In this document: one piece after another, positions 12,910 to 26,644 of the stretch | Layout: the number at the start of each line of letters is the position of its first letter | Position numbering within the stretch: the stretch's first letter is position 1 | Assembly: GCA_951804945.1 (NCBI GenBank) | Contig: OX638155.1 | Location: 39,990,001 to 40,054,000 of the forward strand | Origin: Podarcis cretensis | Taxonomy: Eukaryota | Direction of reading: 5' to 3' | DNA length: 64,000 bases | Program-made: the position numbers and the translations under genes | Notes under the pieces: model-generated | The model's database searches: none | What the model was told of the DNA's origin: nothing | Seen by the model: only the letters and a program-made list of their open reading frames with translations

Positions 12910-15216
12910 TAATTTACATGAGTAGATGGAACATTTTTTGCTCATTATTGACATGATTGACAGCTGTCAGCTGAAAACAGGTAGTCAAGTTAGCATATCT
13001 TCTCTATGGCTGCAGCCAGAGCACTGCCATACATGGCGGGTTAATATGCATGTGAATAAAAGGGCATTCACTTTATAGAAGACTATCAAAACTTTGAATA
13101 TGAAACAAACAAACAAAAAGCCAAAGCAATTCAAATGTTCATGTCAAATGTAACAATAAAATGGGGGGGGGGACAGCTGTAGGGGAGGCGATTTAATAAT
13201 TAGATGGGGAATGTGTTTGTGTTTGGTATCAAAAGTCTTAAAATATTCCTCCTTTTTTTTTTTTTTTTTGCTTTCAAAATGGGGGAGGGCAGAAAGCCCC
13301 ACTACATCCTGAGCCGTACCCACTACAATGCAACAACTGCTGCAGCTCCCTCCATAGTTACAATCAGCGTTAATTGTGCTGTTTTTACAAAGGCAAGACA
13401 CAGTCGGAAGACAAATAATGCTCCACGGCTCAATAAAGGCGATGGGACGACTCAGCTTCTATAACTGGAAACTGTTTGATTGCTTCACGCTGCTAAGCCT
13501 TGTTACACTCCAGCTGTGTTTAATAGGGAGCACTCACAAGAACAGTTATTCTTGCATGGAAACAAGTTGACTTGAGTACTGTATGTATTGACACTATAAT
13601 CCAATCTATGGCTTTGGAAAGAAAATGAGCTCAAGTCATCAACTTCTGCCCCATTTCCCCCTACCCCAACTCACAAAGAAAATACATAAGCAGGAAGGCT
13701 TGGTGCTGCTTCTGAGTTTTCTGCAGCTCTAGTCAAATGGATTAAAGATGCTGTTGCTGCCTGCAGCCAAGAGGTCTAGAAAATATGCAGAGTGGCATTC
13801 GACTGACATTTGACATACGTTGCAAAATAGCCCAATACGTATTTTTCAGCAAACGCAAGACAGAACTCACAAGGTACTTCATGGGGGGGAGGGGTTAAGA
13901 TTGCTAAACATCATATAATAGATCTAACTTGGTTCTGAAAAATGAGTCAGATCAGAGGGACACAGAAAGAGATTGGGCTGTTTCTCAAAGCTGCAAGTCT
14001 AATCTTGTGGCTGGTGCACACTCCTAAAATATAACAATTCACAACTGTTATTTCCCAAAAGAGATCGTTTTACCTTATTTTATGCACTTTCCTTCTCTCT
14101 AATTTAAATGGAGGTCACCATATCTGCAGCCTGGACCACCCCTACCAACTCTATGCCAGCACCTCAATTCTTCCCTTTCTTGCATTGCTGTGTGTCTCCT
14201 GCTTCCCTATGGCTCGAAGCGCCCCCAGTGACGCTTGCAGTGAAGAGGCTTCAAATAGACAGCTGCTGGATGTTCCAACCATAGGTGTAGGCAATTTTAG
14301 CTTAGTGAACCATCATGTGATTTTATTACTACCCTAATAAATCCATTACCACGTTCTGAAACACATTACACTTGCCATTTCAAATATAAGTACAAAGGAA
14401 CTCTTACGCTTTTGACATTGCTCTTTGGAATGGTTTCCTTTCACCCAAGCTGTGGCACTTAGAATCATAGAATGAGGATCAACAGGGATCAAGCCTGCAA
14501 CCTTGGCATTATCAACAGCACTTATGGTGTTTAGCGTGAGAACACTTTGTTTTAACTTCTGAATATTGCCACAGGACAATTGCCATTGTTGACATTTCCA
14601 TTCCACCTTAAGGAATAGACATGGGATTGTTGCATGTAATATGTCTGTTTGCATTCCAGCACAGTAAGCTGGAAACTTCCATTGTGTGTATAGCTTTTGC
14701 CTTTGCATTTTCTCTCTGAGACAACATGAGAGAGTTGACGTTTCTTTGTCCTGATTTATGATTAATAAATCTGTAGTTGTAGTATGCTTCCACAAGCCTC
14801 ACGCCTATTCTGTGTGCACAGTGCGATCTGCTGATAGCGTGTCCTGGCTCAGAAGCCTGGGTCACTGATTTACGTTGGAGAAGAAGTGATGGTCTTCGCA
14901 GCGGGACGGCTGGAAGGGAACGGCCCAGCTGGGGCTTGCCAGCTGGCCTCCTGGCCCTCTGCATGTTGACACACCATACAGCAGAGTTGAGTTTCAGTCT
15001 AAATGAATAGTCCTTCTTAATGTTACACATATGCACTGGTAGCTTACTGTCAACTGAAGAGGTAAATTTGAACTGATTAGCAAGAATTCATTCTCCCAGT
15101 TGTTCAGCACTAGCAATAAAATGTGTCCCCCACCCCGCATCTCCATCTTACTTCTAAATTAGGCTCCTGAGATTAAGGAAGAAGGAATGAATTTATATGC
15201 AACTAAATTTTCGATC

Positions 15217-15556
15217 AGGACGCGGGTGGTGCTGTGGGTTAAACGACAGAGCCTAGGACTTGCCGATCAGAAGGTCGGCGGTTCAAATCCCCGCGACGGG
15301 GTGAGCTCCCATTGCTCGGTCCCTGCTCCTGCCCACCTAGCAGTTCGAAAGCACATCAAAGTGCAAGTAGATAAATAGGTACCGCTCCGGCGGGAAGGTA
15401 AACGGCGTTTCTGTGCACTGCTCTAGTTCGCCAGAATCAGCTTAGTCATGCTGGCCACATGACCCAGAAGCTCGGCCAATAAAGCGAGATGAGTGCCGCA
15501 ACCCCAGAGTCGGTCACGACTGGACCTAATGGTCAGGGGTCCCTTTACCTTTACCT
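15217..15556 (+). mobile_element. Sauria SINE, near full length
   Basis: tRNA-like head (GGTGGTGCTGTGGG box A, GGTTCAAATCC box B), typical body, (ACCTTT)n tail, TSD TAAATTTTCGA at 15204 and 15557. Confidence 0.95.
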
Positions 15557-18500
15557 TAAATTTTCGACCTGGGCTGAGTATGTGCTGGTGGTTCCCAACT
15601 CTAATGTAGAATGAGCATATGGCTTCTAATGTCAAAAGAGATTTTTTTTTTTAAGATAGAGATCTCCTACCTTATTCACTCCAGAATATTTCATGAAAGC
15701 AGTTGCCTTCAAACAGTTTATTCCTGTAGAATTATGGGCTGTAATTCTTTTTACAAGGATCTCTAGGGTTCTTGTCAATTTTGCTATAAAAGTCATGTAA
15801 TTTGTGACAGAACATCTCTAAATCTAGGATGTCTGGCAAAATCTACTGCAGAGGAAAGCATCTAAATATAACTTACAAGCCAGCTCTGTGCTCTGGGCTT
15901 AGGAAACTATGCACTGATGGAAGGGACACCCCCCACACACACACCTTCCTTTCTTCTGAAGATAAATAGTGATGTGCTGCAGAAGGACTGTGGAAGACCC
16001 AGTTGCTTCCAGACAACTAGTTTAATTCATCAATCACTGATTTGTTTGTGGGGATGCTAGATGATATTGCAATGCAGATACTCCACAACCATGCTATGGT
16101 TCTTTTCACACTCCCTTATCTGATGGCAGATAAAGTGAAAAAGGGCGAAAGGGTTAAAAAAAATCAGAATATTATTTTAGGTATCTGCAGAAATATATTG
16201 GTTCACCTTAGGAAATATGATCCATGAAAGTTGTGATGGTTGAAAATCCAATGAACTTGAAAAATTATGCTAGAAAATGCTGATGCTGGCTACATGAAAG
16301 CCAATACTGTACTGGTTTATAATTTTACCAATGTTTAAACAAGCTAATAGTTTTGCTGGTTAATGCATTTCTGTTTCAGTCTCATTGACAAGTTTTTATG
16401 AAGGCAGGAGGATCAATATTTTAACCCCAATCCACAAACATGTTCAACATTATAACTTGCCTTGCAACATATTCATTCCCAAACAGTCATAGCAGAAGGG
16501 GTTTGAGGTTCCCGCTGAAGTTAATGGGACTGTCGGCTTAATTGAAATATTTCATTAATATGATATGGGTCACAACACAAGAGACTGCAGCATGCTATTG
16601 AACTAGAGCTTTTTATAACACAGCATATTTTGATATACCAAATGCTAGTGCATAGCACTTCACCTCCAAGAAAGAGAAAAGAAGGGTCCAGTTCACGTGA
16701 ATTGCAAGGATGAATCCAAAGGTGAAAAGGTAAAAATATTTTCATTGAGGAAGTGAGGAGGGGGGGAGGAAGGAGCTTCAGGTTGGAGCCAAACAAATTT
16801 AGAGCACAAAACAATTATGCGAAGAAACTTCAAAAAGAAGTAATGAATATTTGGTATCAGTCAATACCTATCCCAACAAAAGACTTTCTGTATACTCAGA
16901 TGTTCTGCAGAGGGCTCCTGCTGTCTGAAGCAAGGTAGGTGACAAGTGAAGGGTGGACTTTCTTGGCGGTTTGTTTTAGTTCACCATTTATGGATAAATT
17001 CTCACACCCCAATTGCTAGACAAACTGTAAAACAAGTGTGTAGTAACCAGGATGTCCAAGAATTGCCCATACCTTGTGGGTTTTCTCTCTCGTGAGTCCA
17101 ACAGGTATGGCATTGACATTAAATTGTAAAATAACAGCCAGGTTCAGACATCATGTTAACTCAAATTGTGGCTTTCCAGGAATGTGAGAAGCTCTTACAT
17201 CCACAACGATCCTCTTCAGCCCCCCCCCCTTTTGATCTCCTGTTACAATGTGCTGAACCAAATCTTGGATTATCATCTTAGCTTAACCTGGGCTCATGGT
17301 TGAACTCTCTCCTCACTAACCATGTGTTATATAGCCAAGAACAAATCTTGGCTCAAGAAAGCATTGGCATTTCTTTTTTACATAGGTATCCCTAAAGCTT
17401 TCCATGACATCAGTGATATGCCAAGTTGACAAAAGATATCTTATGACATGTTTTCATCCAAGAACATAAGAATTATTGCCACACATACCACTTAACAAGG
17501 GATATCGTCATGCATCATTTAAAAACATAAACATGGGGGGATGGACATGTAATGCACCCCCTTCCACTGTTTCAGTCATCTAAATATGCAGTTCTGTAGT
17601 CAATGTGAAAGAAGTAATAATAATAATGAGGACTGCCTACTCCATAAAAAGAACTTACTGTTCTAAAAGCATTTGGGTTTTTTAAAATACTAGAATAGCA
17701 TCAGTTGCTTAGAGACAATGTCTAAAACCCTCTAATGGTATTTGAAAAATCAATATTAGAGATGCCAGAAAATCAAGCTAAAGATTATGAAATGTAACAA
17801 ATAACACAACATCCACAGAGAAACAAATCACATTTTAGTGACCCAGGGGCCATTTCTCTTATATTCCCTTGATGACTTTGTAATTACTGTCTGCCCCCTG
17901 TTGAGCCCCACACTCCTTAATCTCCCCTCAAAAACCATTGGGCTGGATTCATACGGCTTCATTTTCTTCTGCCATGAGATTATCGTTTCAGTGCAGGTAG
18001 AAGGTAGCATCTCTCAAATTCTCTCTCTCTCTCTCTGTGTGTGTATGTCTTCCCCGCTCCCAGCCGTTCACATCAGCAAGGCTTAAATTTGCTTCTGTTT
18101 GGGTTCATACCAGGGAGTGTTGACAGGGCGAGCATGTCTTTGCCCTGTGAGAAGATTTTCCCATCTTGGCTGGAGATGAATTAGGAACCTCTTAAGGACT
18201 GGTATGAGGAAGCTGGTATGAGGAACAGCACACCCAACATAAGTATCTTATAACAATACTCCCACCCCCTTTCAGAATAAGTTCACTTCACACTTGAGCT
18301 GGCTTTGCCATGCTGATACTGCAGCTTCTAAAAAAGAAGATCAGCTGAATGCATTCAAGTAAAGAAGTTTAAAGTGATCTCGGATCATAATGCTGCACTA
18401 TACATCACAGTGTTATATGCCTTTTTCAAAAGGCATGCCACAGCTCTCACTAATCTATAGTATCTAGAAGCAGATGGCATTCAGCAGTAAATGTAATACG

Positions 18501-20890
18501 CTTTTGTGGAACAACAACAGCACCGGCAAAAAGAAAAATGGACATGGAACTATTTTCCCAGAAAAGATTCTGATTGACTGAAAGGATAAAGAAGCCAAAA
18601 CATTTCCTCAAATATGAAATATGATTGCATAGACATGTTTCAATAAAGCTGCACTGTCAGCATATTCTAGCAGGAAGTGTTTACCGATTAGCAATAAGGG
18701 TTTGATCAAGTATCGGGGGAAATGAAATCTCTGGAACTTGAGAGAGATTGAAAGGAATTAGGGGGGGGGTTATAATAAAAAGGATTGCAAAGAAAGAAGT
18801 GGGGGAGAGGGGAAACAAGCAACAGATTAGGAATGGGCAAAATTTGTTGGAGAATTCCACAGATTAGCTCCTTCTCTAGCCGACTCTCCACCTAGGTCTC
18901 ACCCAGAACTCAGTGAAGCTACCTGATAGCAGGAAGAGCTCCAGATGTTCCCTAGAATTAGCTGATCTCCTTAGGCCACTGAGATCCTGCCTGGTTGTTG
19001 AACTAGGGTGAGGAGAGCCAGGTTTAATTACTGGGGCAGTTACTGTACTTCAGCACAAGCTACTTAACATGGCAGGGCGATGATGATAATAAAGTGAGTG
19101 GGGAATGATGATTCAGCAGCACCCAACCTTTGCTATTCTGCTTTATGCTAGAATAGCAACCTTGCTTCCAGCCTTCTAACGCCAACTTTTTTGCTCCTGT
19201 GGGCACATTTGCAAACCAAAGAAACTGTCACAAGCAGTACAGACATACCACAAACACCAAGCAACCTATTCTATTGGCTACAACAGAGTGCTTCCTTGAA
19301 GCCAAATTCCAGTGGGTTGCAGCCAGAGAGGTGAGATCCCATGGACATCATGTAAGGCCTTAGTGAGCACATATGTACCTCAATTATATTTTAGCTTAAT
19401 TTGCTGCAAGCAGTTAGTTATCTTGCTTTTCGTAAATTAACCACAGCTGTCAGAGGCAGGGAGCTGTTACTGGAATCCCAGTATACAGCATGTGGCTGAT
19501 CTCTTTCCTCCCCAGCCACAGTACATCCTGGAATAAATGGCCCTTATCTATACAGTTACAAGGGTTGGTTGAAAAAGAGAAAAGAACAAAAATGGTCATT
19601 TGCAACAATGGGAGCTTCCCTTCTGAATCTTGTAGCTGTGTGCTGGGAGAAGTGCAGGTTCAGGGTGCCATGGCTAGGGATGAAAGGATTAAAATCAAGG
19701 GCTGTAGTTCATTTAGAACTGTAACTGCACAATATGCATTAAGCATAATGACCCTAAGCTAGATTGTTTGCTCCCTAGTGACCATCAAAAGAACACTCGC
19801 CCAAAAGAAAGGACTCCAGAAATCCTTTTCCTACACTGTAAGACCGCTTCCATTTCAGAATTTGACTCTGAAACATTGATCCTGTAAAACTTGTCACCTT
19901 TCAGCAGCAATGAAAGCATAGCAAATGTCCTGTAGGAGCTGTTACAGTAAGAGCTTGCTTCTGTAACAGAAGTGATATATTTGATAGCTACAACTGAAAA
20001 TACATGTAAAGATTGGTGGAGAGAGAGAGAGGAAATGGAATCTGAATCTGTGCCAAGCATTTTACAGACTTCTTCAGCACATAATGTCAGTTTCTATTCG
20101 CTATGAAGTATTATTGAGAGAGTATTTGGATTGGTGAACAAAACTGACCACACTGATGAAGTAAAGGCATGACATTAGGGAGAATTAAAATCCTGACATT
20201 TTGACAATCAAAAGTGCCTTCATAACCAGAGAAGCCATAAACTAGGGTAATGTCAGGCAACTTGAAACTGCCCCCCCATTTTTTTCTTTAAATTACAAGG
20301 GGGGAAATGTCATTAAATTTCACAATCCTGGTTCAGAATATGAATTTACCCTGCATGCAATATGTGGAAGCATCTTCTGAATATGTTTTCTATAGCTTGA
20401 AACATAAAACAAGACTCTGCAGAGGCATATACGGTGGATTTAATGAAATCTACTTTAAAAAAATAGCCTGAGTCACAGCTCAGTCAAAGCTAAATAGGGG
20501 AGGAGGAATGGAGGAGTGTGCTGCTATAAATCATGGTTTATGAAGCCTTAGATGATCGTCCAAATGTGGCCACAAAGTTTATTATCTCTAGGTTTATACG
20601 TTTTCAACTCAATCATTTGTCAAAAGTGTAGTCAGAAGTGACCTCTTAGTGAGTATTCTCATTATCAGTGGAAACCAATGAGTCTGAACGAGAGAGAAAA
20701 AAATGTATATGGATATGCTAAAAGGGTGGGATAATGAACTAATATTTACCATAGCAACTGTACAAGTCAACAGCTAACTGCAAGATAGATATGCTAAAAG
20801 ATTCCCTTAGATAAGCATATTTTACTCCCACAAAACACCACTACCCTCTTCCTGATACATTACTGATAAAATATTATTTCTTCCTGCACC

Positions 20891-20933
<43 letters not shown>

Positions 20934-20941
20934 ATCTATCT
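20891..20941. repeat. (ATCT)n microsatellite
   Basis: About 12 units, read directly. Confidence 0.95.
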
Positions 20942-21820
20942 GTGGGGGTAAACTATATGCAAAACATCCTGGAACTGATTTGCATTACTTAAAATGCAAA
21001 GTATTAATTAGTTTTTTATTCAATTTAAAGCACTGATACGCTGCTTTGTATTACCACTAAGCAGCGTCTGCATAGCGAGGGCCAAGTCCTCTCTTCCTGG
21101 TTCACTCCAAACACCATTGGTGCTTGTCAAGCGTTCCTGTTGAATGCTTGAAAAACCTCCGGAGTTTTAGGGAGATTTTTTAAAAAGCATTTCCTGGGAA
21201 TACTTGAAGCCTGAAAAGGTGACCTCTGTAAGTTTGCCCTCCCTTTCTCCCTAAGCAAACACACACACACATCATCATCTTGAGCGTCACCAGGCACTAC
21301 TCACAGAGCCTCTCCTCAGCTGAGATTGGTGCTCCAAGCACCTTGTCCTGCCACAGATCAGGGGGCTTTTCAAGCTTTGAAAGCTCCATTTTTCAGTGAA
21401 GTAAAACCTGCCCAACCTTGCCAGCTACCTGTTTTCTGCTAGGCAGGGCTCTATTTTGTTTGAAGGAGGAGGATCCTGAGTTGGGCAATGGCGGGGACAG
21501 GGTAAAAATCCCCTTTCAAATTGGGCCAAGCTAGAATGAGTCCAGGCTGATTCACAATACAAGCGCCCCTCGTTCAAAGTCTTGCACCATCTCTAATTTG
21601 AACTTACAATTAGCAAACAGCTAAAATGCTTGACTGAATCCATAAATCAAACAGTCAAGGCAAGACTCTTTAAGATAATATTATAACCAAGGACTTATTT
21701 CACCACCAGGCTTTTTGCTACAGGGTGACCTTTCAGTATGTTTTTCCATCTGCTTCAAGAAGCCCTGTTTTCTGAAGTATCTCAATGTTCCATTATAATA
21801 TGCAGGATACATACCACATA

Positions 21821-21897
<77 letters not shown>

Positions 21898-21899
21898 CA
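21821..21899. repeat. (AGAT)n microsatellite abutting the 5' end of the L1-type element
   Basis: Read directly. Confidence 0.95.
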
Positions 21900-23505
21900 G
21901 ACTTCCGGGTTGGCGCCATCGCCGAATGGCGGACTCCCTCCGAGCTCCGGAGGAAGTCTGCTCGGCAGGGGCTGGGTTCTACCGCGCCGGCGACGCGGGG
22001 ACCCTCAAAAACCATGGGCGCTGAAACCCATGGGCATGGTGACTCGGCTGGCACCGTTTGTGCCCCCCCGACCACGCGAAGGAGCCTTTTTAAAGGCTGC
22101 GGAGCGGGTGACAGGGGGGTGGTGGTGCTGTGAGTCTCCGCTTCCCCTGCCGAGCGAAGCCGCATGCCATTTGGCGGAGAGCGCTGACTTCTTCCATTGA
22201 AAATCTGGACTTAAAAGAACAACCCGTGAGTAATTGGAACTTGGATTAAAAAGGGGAATAAATTTTTTCTTAAATTCGGAGCGAGCGGGGGAGGTATAAA
22301 AAGGAAGTCAACCTCCCCCCTGTTGTAGAGGAGCTAAAGCAAAGGACCTGACAACTAAGATCGAGCGCAACTTTTTCTTTTGATAAAGATATTAATTTCG
22401 CGATGGAAAATTATAAGCTGGGCTGGAGGAGAAGAGTGGAATGTGAATTAAAATACAACCCCCCCCCCGGAAGCCCCGGGAGCGATCCGTGAGAGCGCCT
22501 GGAGAGGAGAAATAGAGGTTTTGACAGCTGTCAAAGGAGCTGCCAAAACTGAAGAACAAAAAGAGAACTTTGTTATGAGGACTTTGCTGGTTACATTTGT
22601 TATAAATTGGATATAAACTGTTTAAAACAAGGAATAATAAGTTACTTTGACTGGTGGGTGAGATCGGGAATGAAACTGAGTTACTATAATCCCTCTAGAG
22701 GAGCTGTGGGTTATTACAAGTATCGCTGGCATGGAATTTGAATCGGACATTTTATCTCCTGGGAAACTGCAGAAATGGAACACTATTTTGTCTACAGAGG
22801 TCTACACACTAAAGGAGACAATAGATTTATCTATTGAAGAATGGAAGGGACTTGACGTAATGTTTTGTTCCTGAATAACAAAGCCTCTGTAGAGGAATTA
22901 CAAGCTTTTTGGAATTAGAACATTTGTGCAGGAGAGCAGGGGGAAAAAAAGAAGAAAAAAAAAGAGGAGAAGAGAGAACATCAAGAACAACAAGAAAAAC
23001 AAGAACTGGACAAAGTTGGAAGATAGACCCTTTCTAAGATTGGACATTTGAAATTAAATATGATTAAAAGACGGTAAAGATTACTAAAAAGACGGCAAAG
23101 CGGACTGGTGAAGGATTATGGCTTAGATTATGGTTCAGATGTGGGAGCTCCAGGAGACAGTGGATTTGATGGACATTGGGAACGCAACCGGGAAAGGGGG
23201 GAGGGAAATTTGGAATCCAAAGGGTGTTAAATTATATTTTATTCTTTTTTTAATTCTTTTATGTTAATCTGTATCTTATATTAAAGAGGGGAACTCGTGG
23301 AAGGGAACAGGTCGATCTTAGGGGATGGGAAAATATTTTTTTAATTGGGTTAATGATAATAATTTTAAAATTTGGGGTAAGAATTTGTTGAATCTATTTG
23401 AAAGAATTGGAATACAAGAGGGGGTGGGGAGGGGGAAGTCCTGGAAAGATGATATTGAAAATAAGGCCTTAAATTTGGATGTTTTTCTTTTTTTTTTTGT
23501 TATAG
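21900..23505 (+). mobile_element. short non-autonomous L1-type retroelement related to 38105-39913; 3' end lost in the gap
   Basis: Same GACTTCCGGGTT start and a colinear, similar leader (CCCTCA.AAACC, GAGCCTTTTTAAAGGCT, GAGAGCGCTGACTT, CAACCCGTGAGT, TTTGACAGCTGTCAAA). G-rich GGGGAAGTC 3' UTR. Confidence 0.82.
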
Positions 23506-23644
23506 NNNNNNNNNNNNNNNNNNNNNNNNNNNNNNNNNNNNNNNNNNNNNNNNNNNNNNNNNNNNNNNNNNNNNNNNNNNNNNNNNNNNNNNNNNNNNNN
23601 NNNNNNNNNNNNNNNNNNNNNNNNNNNNNNNNNNNNNNNNNNNN
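23506..23644. other. assembly gap (N run)
   Basis: 139 Ns. Confidence 1.
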
Positions 23645-24924
23645 CTACCTAGAGATGCCAGCAATTGAACCAAGAGCTTTATGTGCCAAGTATATGATTT
23701 ACATTTCTGTCCATGTATGAATGTGTTGGAGAAACACATTGCCCAATCCATTCTCCAAGTGCTTATTGTTCCCAATTGCTAATTTCAAATTTGTCAGAGT
23801 TAAATAAAAGCAATTTCCATATGTAAAGACTGGCTATTTCTAAACAGTTACACTTAAAGGCAACTACTTATATAGTGATCAAAATATATAGTCAGAGCAT
23901 TCAGGAAGCGTGTGACTCAGTTCCTACCCTGTTCCTATTGTTTTTAACTTCCCTGTGATCTAGGGTCCTTGTTTCTTTTAGATAGCTTTTAAGGATTTTT
24001 TTATTGCATTTGTAGTTTGTGTTGCATTTGTGTATTTTCTTTCTTTCTTTTGTTAGCCACCTTGAACTTTTTAGGAAAGTTGGGATATAAATAAAATAAA
24101 TTCTGTTCCTACCCCATTACACATACTGATCACTTGACCCCAGCTACTGAAGCTCCCTCTGTTTCTAACAAGCCTTCTCTGGCATCTTTTAGAGACCTGC
24201 TTCCCAGTAAACATTATCCAAGTAGCTGAGGTTTGATTACAGAATTGATCTTTAACTAGTTTCATCAGTTTTTGTTTGATTGACATGTGACCTTCTGCAT
24301 CCCGAAAACGCAGCACTTTTTGCTGAATAATTTGCTCCATGAGAATGATTTATGGAAATATGCTAGTATGCTTCATTTAACATGATTTTTTTAAAAAAAT
24401 AATAATTTAAAGGCTACATTGGTTGTTCAACAATTCTAACTTACCTGCATTTTTAAAGATGCTACTAAACCTCACATGCACACTGTGAAATGTGTCTCCT
24501 TGCAGACCTCCTGAGATCTGTGACCATATATTTGGGTCACTAGTAATAAATCCCTTATAATTTATTTATAAGATGGGTCTCTTGATCTGTAACATTTTGG
24601 AAATAGCAAGCACCTGCATAGAGATTGCTGCTGGGGTAGGTAATAACAAAAACTGTGAAAGGCAGACTTGGAATTTTAAACGTCTCAGCTGACTGCCTTT
24701 CTACATTAACCTTCTGAACACCTCAATCTTATAGTGGCGGCGAACTACTTTTTGCCCACATGGCTTTCCTTTTCTACTTACCCTCAAGACATCTCCCCAC
24801 CACAACGCCCCCGCCCATCTTCCTGAATATGCAAGAACATGTTATTTGGTGTAGCATTCTGAACACATGGGTTTTGATCCTATGATGAATTTATTGTTTA
24901 TTTATAGTGGGAATGAGATACAGT

Positions 24925-25060
24925 TGGGACTTTTCTTTTCGGACAGAGCTCACCAGAACTCAGCTCCGGCACCTCTCAGGTGGGTACCATTGCCATTGAA
25001 AGAGAACAAGCCAAGGGAGAAGTTCATGGTGAGCTCCGGCACCTCTTTTTCTAGAAAATA
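24925..25060. mobile_element. degenerate hAT-like MITE
   Basis: Internal repeats of AGCTCCGGCACCTCT ending in TTTTTCTAGAAAA; TIRs are eroded. Confidence 0.5.
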
Positions 25061-26644
25061 CATGGGTAGATCTACACACAGGAAAAAATGCTATAAATAA
25101 GTCATAAATTAAATCGTTTAACCAAAGGAAAAAAACGCTATGTGAAATCACATGGAAAGGTTTTGTGTTCTACATCGCCATCTGGTGTTGCATGCTTGTA
25201 ATGCATTCAAAACACCATTTTTTTTTTTACTACAGTAATGTAGCTGAGTCCCATGCTCACACTCAGACAGAAGCATTAATCTGCACTTTTAGCATTAAGC
25301 TGCACAATTTCAGTAAAAAAGTAACCTCACATGGATGACCACAAAGAAAGGATGGTGATGTGCTATGTGCACATACTACACAATGTATAAAGGTTCTGAA
25401 TATGTGAATGAATGATTTTCATTGACATGAAACTGGGTGGAGATCTTGGCCAAGTTCTAGGAGTGTAACCACTGAAACACAATTCATTTTATTACATTTT
25501 ATATCCACCTTTTGTCCATGACAGAACTGAACATAGTGTGCCACATAAGGTTCCCAGTGGTTTCCCATCCAGACCATGGCCAAACTCAGAACTGTTCAGC
25601 AGCAGTGAAGTGCCTTTCAAACCTAAACCAGGTTGACTGCCAAATAAACCCTCCTGTTTCTGCAGACGGTTTTACCAATATGCATGGCCAATGGGCTATG
25701 TTCAACCTGACACATCACGGAATCATTATTTATGTATTTATAGTATTTATACTATATTGTCCACCAATTCAGTATTTCCATGGCACCTTACAGGTAGTCT
25801 ATCTTTAATAAGAGGGAACTTTTATAAAGTGAGACGTGCTTTAAGTTTAACCTTTCTTTAAAGCAAAAATGTAACCCAATTCTATGCCTTTGACTCTGTA
25901 GATTTCCCCCCTCCCTTTGCTGTAAACCACTGGAAGTAGACTATAGACTGTGACACATAATTTTAAAAAAGAGCAAGGTTTTATAGGAGTTACTAAATGT
26001 CCCACCAAATAATTAATGGCCATGTGCTACTTTAATGAAAAAAAGGACACCGTTATATGAGCACATAATTCTGATGTTGTACAGGAATTTCCTCAACATT
26101 TATGACAAATACCTTGAGGCAACATTGTATCAGCATGCTCCAGTAAGCCACGCTATTAAAATCAGTTATGAACCATTATCTAATAGGAAGCAGCACCTGT
26201 ACTATAAACCAACTTGACTGCATGCACAGCATAATGATACCAAGAGAATTGTGCATTTGGCTGGTGCATTTTCCTGTACCGTTTTACTAGGATAAGGCAT
26301 TTGTTAAGGCATTTCCTTCCATTATCTCTCTACTGGTGCTGGCAACCTTCAGCAATAAGGTTTGCATCAGTATGACCTGGCAGGGCCTAGGCAATTTGCA
26401 TGTAATAAATACAATGCATAATGGCTTTATGGTAGACATATTGGGGTTATTTAGCAACATTTTCATTCTAAACTTGTTACCGTCAAGCCCTTGGAAACCC
26501 TGAAATATGGATTAGAAACCTTCCAATTATTTACCTCCATGTATCCAATCATTTTACATCTTGGGTCCTTTGTGTGAGTGCGTTCTTTTTCTCTCTTTCT
26601 GAAAGCATGAAGGCTATGAATTCAGTCTCAGGTATTCTCTTTTC

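Noticed and set aside
15217-15300. tRNA gene
   Set aside because: Boxes A and B belong to the Sauria SINE head; there is no cloverleaf.
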